Below are positions 56,300 to 64,000 of a stretch of DNA of 64,000 bases, in pieces. The number at the start of each line of letters is the position of its first letter. Positions within the stretch are counted from its first letter, which is position 1. The stretch lies in NCBI RefSeq assembly GCF_006345805.1, contig NC_042998.1, positions 201,376,001 through 201,440,000 of the forward strand, given 5' to 3'. The stretch is from Octopus sinensis. Its lineage: Eukaryota. The notes beneath the pieces are model-generated. The model ran no database searches and was not told the origin of the DNA. It worked only from the letters and a program-made list of their open reading frames with translations. Made by a program: the position numbers and the translations under genes.

Positions 56300-59236
56300 T
56301 ATATATAATATATATACATAGGCAAATCATTAACGCACGGAGAATTCCAACCCAAAATCAACAAACGTCAAGTGGTTATTCACAGTGAATATTAATAGTC
56401 TGGCGCTCAATGAAAGTCTTAGAGGAAAAGAGAAATGCAGAAATACGACTCGGACACAAGGAGGAATTTCAAACAACAGGAAAAACGCGTAGGATAAGTG
56501 GTTAGAAAGAGGGCAACAAGACAAGTGCATAGCTATGAGCTTCATCGAAATATAACTGACCAGAAGTTTGAGACTGGGAAGATAAATTTATCCGAAGACA
56601 GAAGTATCTGTATTTGCATTGCGATGTGTGTTCGGTTCTGCGTGTGCATATACGAGCGCGTATGTCGTGGGGGTTACGTATGTCCTTAGCGTATATGTTC
56701 ATATGTCTGTGTACGTCTAAATTTGTATGTATGTGAGGCGTAGCTGTGTCAGTGCACGTACGCATGCTAGTGTGTGTGTGTGCATACGTGTGTGCGTCCA
56801 TATGTGTGTGTGTGTATCTGGAGTAGGATTATTGTCTATGCGTGTGGATGCTCTTGCTTGTGAGGAAGAAATTGTGAGGTTGGAAACATCGACATTTTTC
56901 GTGCCAGTGTGATGTGAGGCGTTGTCTGTGAGGATACATTTTCAAACATAAATCTTAAGGAGATTAATCTCATGGCATATAGGATAGACTTTCTACATAG
57001 TTTACATTTGTTCTATACGTAATGGCTTAAATGATCGTTAATTTCATTATGTTTATACTTTATTAGATCTTTGTACTTTGCTATAGTATGTCCAGATTAA
57101 TTTATATCCGGGATTCAATACCTAAATACTAAGTCTCACGGCAGTTTATACCATACGTGAAGTAAAAGAAGAGGTTGATGGATGGGAGATGAAGCCAATA
57201 GTCAAGTTTGAAATGCCATCTGTATTGATACATTAGCTTCCTCTACAGAGTCAAATGTTCACAACATGATTTTGTTGATGCGATTACGGAGATCATGGAT
57301 TCTTGAATGATATGTATAAGCTTTACTGGATCAAAGAATCCGTAAATATTAGGTAAAATTATAAACGTATAATTTTTAGCTTCATTGTTATGATCTAAGA
57401 AAATATTTTGGAACCATAATAGTCGATCACATGTAGTTTGGCAGTATTTTGAATATTGTAAGTTTTACATTTTACAGCTATCAGTATGACTGTCTGAAGA
57501 TGAATTGAATTCAGAATGGTTGTTTAGAATATATGCCGATTAAACTGCTTTATCCCCAAGCGAAAAATTTGATTCCTTCTCCAGAATCTGGAAGTAATAA
57601 ATATCGTGTATATCATTCAGGGATTGTTAATAATAAACTATGCAACAATGGTCGAGCTGAAGCCAGTTCTTAAATAGTCTTCCTTTCTCTTTATGCGTAT
57701 ATTTATTGCCTGATATAAGGAGATTTCTAAACTGTTATGCTCTTGCTACCAGTTATCATTGTTCTCATATATATATGAAAATATATCAGGAACATATTTG
57801 TATTTGGTAGTTTCTAATCCTATTGCTCCCTCGGCGAAGGGAAATATGTTCATTCTTGCTCTTATAATTACTTATTCACTGCTGAACATTTTCTCATTTG
57901 AATGTAAAATCCATAAAACCTACAGATCTATGTTAGCATAAAACTCCCATTTCTTTCAATAAAATACTATTTTGTCTAATATTACGAAATAAGAGGAATA
58001 CCTTTCCGTTGACAAAAGAAAACGTGGAAACGAATCATTAATGCCGTACCTATGAGCTATATACTATAAATATCGATATGTTCTCTCCACCATCATATGG
58101 ACGCTACACACCATTATTGTTTGTATACAACCAACACAGTTATATTTCTGTTTTTACTATTGGTAATTATTTTATCAACTGCTGTATGATCAGAAGCTAA
58201 GAATACCCAACTGAGAATGAAATTTAGAGAGATTTACTACGAATGCAATATTCTATTATCAAAATAAAATAAAAACCAATCTGTTAAATTTGTGTATTGC
58301 TTTGGAAGTGATAAATTGCTAAATATAAAATTAGCATTTTTAAATAAGAAAATACGTAATTCGTACATAGTTTCTGCATGAATAATATTTTTCCCAATGG
58401 TACAAGCTATGTGCAGAGTTATGTTACATATGGAATGAAGAGCATTGCAAGAATGGACCTATTATATCGAAATATATCGACGCCAGAGACATGACCTTAA
58501 GTCCACCTTCATTGATATCGTACTCAGGAATAAATTGCTCCTATGTATTTTACCCTGAGAATTATTATTTCTTGTTTCTTAGTGTTCAAAACAAATATAA
58601 ACCAAATTCAATATCTCCCTATCGTTTTTATTAGCCAATAAACCATTCCCCTTCCTTTAAGTATGACATGTCATAATTTCATATAAATGGTTTGGAGTTT
58701 AGAGGAATTTACGCTATAATATAACTGATCATTATCAGAAGATTCCAGCCTGATGCAAATGTGTGTTAACAACTAAGTGGCTAAAACATTCACCAAAATA
58801 TAATGCAACTAATATTAACAAAGATGGAATTTGTAAAAAGATTCGTTAATCTTTTGCTTCTTATGAAATATTAGACACGTTTAATTATCATTTCAGTATA
58901 GATTTCATTCACATGGATAATTTTGATCGTAATTGTCTGAAATTAATGTTAAATTAAAAAGGCACTTTTGGTTTCCTTCTCTTCAGATTGCTGTTTTTTC
59001 ATATAGACCTATATAGGCAGGCATCGGTCAAAACATACAGCACGCAGCTTAATCATCGAATGGTGAAGCATACACCACATTCACACACATACCCCACCTA
59101 TATATATGTATATAATTGAGGTTCAGTTGAATTTGGTACTTAAGTTGGAACACTAAGTCAGTCTGGTATTATCCGGACTGCTTGAAGTAAGGTGAATTAA
59201 AACAAAATTAGCTACAGGATATCAAGATGTGATGCA

Positions 59237-59319
59237 GTACGACCGTTTCAAGCGACTCCATTTAGTTGAACAACCCAGTCATTATATCAATTTAAGTGCA
59301 ATGCCGTCTTCAGGGGCAC
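59237..59319 (-). ncRNA. degenerate hammerhead motif in a pseudo-LTR-like fragment
   Basis: Minus strand CTGAAGA...GAAAC-G-GTC; helices I and II imperfect; (TA)n about 130 nt downstream. Confidence 0.4.
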
Positions 59320-59826
59320 AAATAAATAAATGGAATTTTAACAAGCAGGACATACTAATATAATTCTTCTGAACTATTTTAACAGACGTATAGACAATCT
59401 CTCACTAGTGAGAACAAAATGAGAAGCTACAACGGATATCGACAATTTATTTGACTATGTGACGTTTCGAATATTTTACATATGCGGTAATATCCAGTGT
59501 ATTTCTCAACGAAAGCAAGAAGTTATCTGCTATTGGCCAGAGTGGTATTAGAAACGGTAAATTTGCTAGACCATGAAAGTAAATGTTGTCCAGAATTTAT
59601 ACTTGCAGATTTGTCGATTTGAATGATCTCTGATGAAAACTTCTAAGTTTTATGGCCAAGTCAAACTTATTCTTGTTTCACATACCGAGTAGGAACTTGT
59701 TTTCTTTGATATCAATAGCCTAACACAAATACACGTCACCAACTGAATACGAAAACCTATAACCACAGACGCATACACACACATACGCACACAGACACAC
59801 ACAATATAATATAAATAACACACACA

Positions 59827-59874
<48 letters not shown>

Positions 59875-59908
59875 AGTAGTTGAATGAATTATCTTATTAT
59901 GGATATAT

Positions 59909-59976
<68 letters not shown>

Positions 59977-60499
59977 ACAGCATAAACGTGGACGAATCCA
60001 AAGGAACTAACAAGACGTTCTATTATGAATAGGCGAAAGTTGTAAGATTTCAGACACGACCACATATTTATTTGAGAATGCTGCTTCATCTCACATAAAT
60101 AACCGAGCCATTCCAATAACATTCACAGTAAAAGCATTCTCAAAATCATGACACAAACACATATTTAGACATATAAATATATACAAACAGCCATATATAT
60201 ATATATATGCATTATACTATTTATTTATTTAATTGAACCCGACGCATCCATTTTCAAGTAAGTTTATCTTCACCCGTTTTTATTTGAATCTTTATTTATT
60301 TACTTCCTCTTCTCTTTGTTCCCTTCTTCCTTCATCTTCCGCTAGTTCGTTTTTAACCCTTCCGTCCTTCCACGTTCTCTATCTGTCTCTGTTTATCTCT
60401 GTCTCTCTGTCCGTGTTTCCTCAAACGTGACCATTGTCCATCCTTCTATTCCTCTATTGACCATCTTTCTTTCTCTGCTCGGAGGTTTAAAGGACAGGA

Positions 60500-60543
<44 letters not shown>

Positions 60544-60863
60544 ATCTTTTCTCTTCTCAAAAAATATTCCCTGAGTTCAATATTCTTCATTCGTACCGGT
60601 CTAGCGACACTCCATCTTTGTTTTCGTTCGGCTTACTTGTATGACTCCACTCTTCTTTTATGTTCCCAAATTTGACCCTCCATAGATCCTAAATCTTATT
60701 TTAGAATTTATGGAACATACTGTCTTTGAAGAATTATATTGACATTTGAACGCCCTACATGAAGAGTAGACAACCGACAACTGATGTTTCCATTTTTTCT
60801 CGTTGCTACGTACTTCACTCATTTTGTCCTGTAATTACTGACCACCTCTTCTGTCTATCGCTC

Positions 60864-60954
<91 letters not shown>

Positions 60955-60996
60955 ATATGAGGGAATATTATTCCAAACTTACAGGAAAAATTTCAA

Positions 60997-61050
<54 letters not shown>

Positions 61051-61055
61051 TATAT

Positions 61056-61511
61056 AACTTAGATAAAACTTAGATATGTGTTGACCAAAGTTTAGTCCAG
61101 GAGGCCATGTCTAACTTAATAGCACCACCTGATAGGATTATCTGAATCCTGTTTAAGTCAAGTTTTGTTTATGGCCCATTCAAGTAGTGAGTTTTTGTTG
61201 GGTGAGTTGTATCCAATTATGGGTGGCTTATCTGGTATTCCTTGAAGGAATCTATCCAGACTCCGTTTAAAGTTGATGGGATCCTTTTCCTCTTTGATCT
61301 CTTTCGGGACAATGTTAAATAGGGCAGGGCCTGTTGAGGAAAAGAAATTATGTTGCAGCGTACATGTATGCTGTGATCTTGAATTGGGCAGGGGACGTAT
61401 GGCCCGTGGTACCAGTCTTGGATGAACCTTGAAGCTAATGTTCAGGTCGTTTGGGCAAAGTTGGTGGTATATTCTCCAAATCGTACAAATGATGTACCGC
61501 TCACGGCGCCG

Positions 61512-61512
<1 letters not shown>
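61056..61512 (-). mobile_element. second CR1-group LINE 3' fragment, inverted relative to 61905-62702
   Basis: Reverse complement aligns to 62216-62700. Confidence 0.9.
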
Positions 61513-61608
<96 letters not shown>

Positions 61609-61904
61609 AGAAAAAAAGCAACTCTTATCAATTCAATTATGAAAATTTAAATTATATCATTTAGAAAAAATACATATTCTAGAAACTTCAAGATAAAACT
61701 TATAACAATGATGAAGTAATGTGCAAAATATATACGTTTTATTTATTTATTACTTATTAAAACGTATATATTACCAAATATATACGTTTTATCTATTAGT
61801 ATTATTTTGTACATTACTTAATCATTGTTATATGTTTCATCTTATAATTAATCTTTCTATAATATTTACCGACAATATATACGTGAAAATTATACATATA
61901 TAAG

Positions 61905-62702
61905 AGACCGGGGTGTAATTGTTGATGACGATCTCAGTTGGAGTGCACACATCAACAAGAAGGTCGATATAGCTCGTAGGATGAGTACCTGGATCTTAAG
62001 AACTTTCCGGTCCAGAGAACAAGGTGTCATCATACCACTTTTTTCCTCCTTTGTACGGCCACACCTTGAATACTGCTGCCCACTGTGGTCTCCTCACACA
62101 AGACAAAACATCTCCAGAATTGAGTCACCCCAGAGGGCTCTCACTAAACAAATTGAAGGCATGGCTGCTCTCGATTATTGGGATCGCCTTAAAGCCTTGA
62201 AACTTTACTCCCTCCAGCGTCGCCGTGAGCGGTACATCATTTGTACGATGTGGAAAATATACCGCCAACTTTGCCCAAACGACCTAAACATTAGCTTCAA
62301 GGTTCATCCAAGACTTGGACCACGGGCTATACGTCCCCTGCCAAATTCAAGATCACAACATACATGTACACTGCAACATAATTTCTTTTCCTCAACAGGC
62401 CCTGCCCTATTCAACATTGTCCCGAGGGAGATCAAAGAGGAAAAGGATCCCATCAACTTCAAACAGAGTCTGGATAGATTCCTTCAAAGAATACCAGATA
62501 AGCCACCCATAATTGGATACAACTCACCCAACAAGAACTCACTACTTGAACAAAACTGAATACAGCTCACCCAACAAGAACTCACTACTTGAACAAAACT
62601 TGACTTAAACAGGATTCGAATAATCCTATCAGGTGGTGCTATTAAGTTAGACATGGCCTGGACCAATCTCTGGTCGAAACATATCTAAGTTTATCTAAGT
62701 TT
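61905..62702 (+). mobile_element. CR1-group LINE 3' fragment (RT C-terminal domain + 3'UTR with 10-bp tandem tail)
   Basis: GVIVDDDLSWSAHI..VRPHLEYCCPLWSPH..IESPQR..YWDRLKALKLYSLQRRRER; tail ttatctaagt x2; internal 43-bp duplication near 62520-62600. Confidence 0.9.
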
Positions 62703-62740
62703 ATGCGCAGGAGTGGCTGACTGGTAATTAGCTTGCTTAC

Positions 62741-64000
62741 GCATGCTTGTTTGGTAGTTACTTGCTGAAGTGAACACTGTTGGGACGTGCTTTGGAGGCC
62801 GTCCTGAATTAAAGAACTATTGAAGAGGCGCGACTGCAAGTAAGTTCTTGCCTAGCTCTGTGGTGATTTCGTCTGCCTTGGTGGCTTTAAACTGTAGCTC
62901 GCTCTAGCGAGCAAAAATATTTTGTTCTCGTCGCCATAACGGTGCACTGAGAAGTTTTAAAAATCTTCTTTTCAGTAAATTTCTCTGGGGTGTTTTTTCG
63001 CCAAATAACTTGTACATTCTGGTGGGAGAAAAAGTGTTAACCTGTGGAGTTTACCTTACTAGAGTACTATCGAGAAGTACCCTGGCTATTGGATTTACCT
63101 GTTGGAGTGTTATACAGAGCCAAGGATTCCTTGCCTGTTCTATTTTTGTATGTTGTTTTCTTTTCATTTTTCTCTTCTTCCATTTTTCTTTATTTCTTTA
63201 TTTCGGTTCATTCTTTTTCTCATTATTTTAATTGCAGATTTTTTTCCTTCTATTTTATTTTGATTTTCCTCTATTTTTATTCGGTTTTAATTTTTGGGGG
63301 GACTGTTTTTGTGAACAGCATTTGAAGGAACTTAAAAAGAAGAATTCTGTCTTGGAGTGGGAAATTATCCCACCCAAGCAGTGGTGAAAAGATATGGAGG
63401 AGACGAAGGTGGTGGTTAGAACTAACTCTAACGTTCTTGATGCCATCACCGTCTTCCCAAAACCAACTATTGAAAAAGAACTGAAATACTATTTGTTCTC
63501 TGTGAAATACATATCCCGCGGTGTCAAGCATGCAGCCGTATGGTTGCTGTTTGACACAACGGAGGAGGCTCATAATTTCGCGAAAAAACAGCCCTTGGAG
63601 GGCAACGGAAGTTTGTTCCCCCCGTCGTACTGCAAGGGTATCGCCGCCGGTCGGCTGGGAAGGATCAAAAGCGATTTTGACCCTGTACACCCTATCGGCC
63701 GTAACAGATCTGATTTTTCCAGATTTTTTTAATGGCTAGCAGCAGGTATTCAGTGATACTTGAGGGACGTCACCCCAAGTGTCACTCGTGCCTGCAGCCT
63801 GGCCATATTAAAACGAAGTGCCCCTAGGATCATTTTAATCCTGGAACACTCACTGGAGGCCACCTCCACTAACCGGTCAAAGGGAGAGGTGTATGGGTTT
63901 GAGGAGATAGAAGATATGGCCTTCACACGGGAAGATAGCTGTGGAGGCCAGAAGGTTTTCCGTGTGGAAAAAGCTTAAAACATTTAAAGAAGAATGTCGC
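62741..64000 (+). mobile_element. putative L1/Tx1-like LINE 5'UTR + decayed ORF1 (63394 onward), running off the window
   Basis: Long pyrimidine-rich leader, then KYISRGVKHAAVWLLFDTTEEAHNFA..PSYC (RRM-like ORF1 pattern); a homologous fragment lies at 31845-32040. Clade assignment is inference. Confidence 0.45.

Overview
AT-rich, microsatellite-saturated animal DNA, intronic or intergenic. The repeat landscape (tRNA-derived SINEs with internal (TA)n(CA)n, Penelope-like elements, R4/Dong-, RTE- and CR1-type LINE remnants) looks like an octopod cephalopod genome; this is inference. There are no prokaryotic features and no confidently identifiable host gene, only two candidate + strand exons. Almost all ORF-track entries are microsatellite or SINE read-through artefacts. 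The only near-intact coding sequence is a Penelope-like retroelement (PLE; RT plus C-terminal GIY-YIG) at 22986-25258 with a single 1-nt frameshift. The main unexpected signal is RNA structure. The window holds about 20 type-I hammerhead ribozyme (HHR) motifs from many unrelated families: canonical-core ones, several with greatly extended branched helix II, and a multi-copy class with fixed variant cores (CUGUUGA, CCGACGA). Two non-coding HHR units of about 352 nt and about 453 nt show end-to-start junctions plus inverted 5' segments, the footprint expected of retrozyme-like circular or tandem RNAs copied by PLE machinery. All structures were read by eye, not computed.
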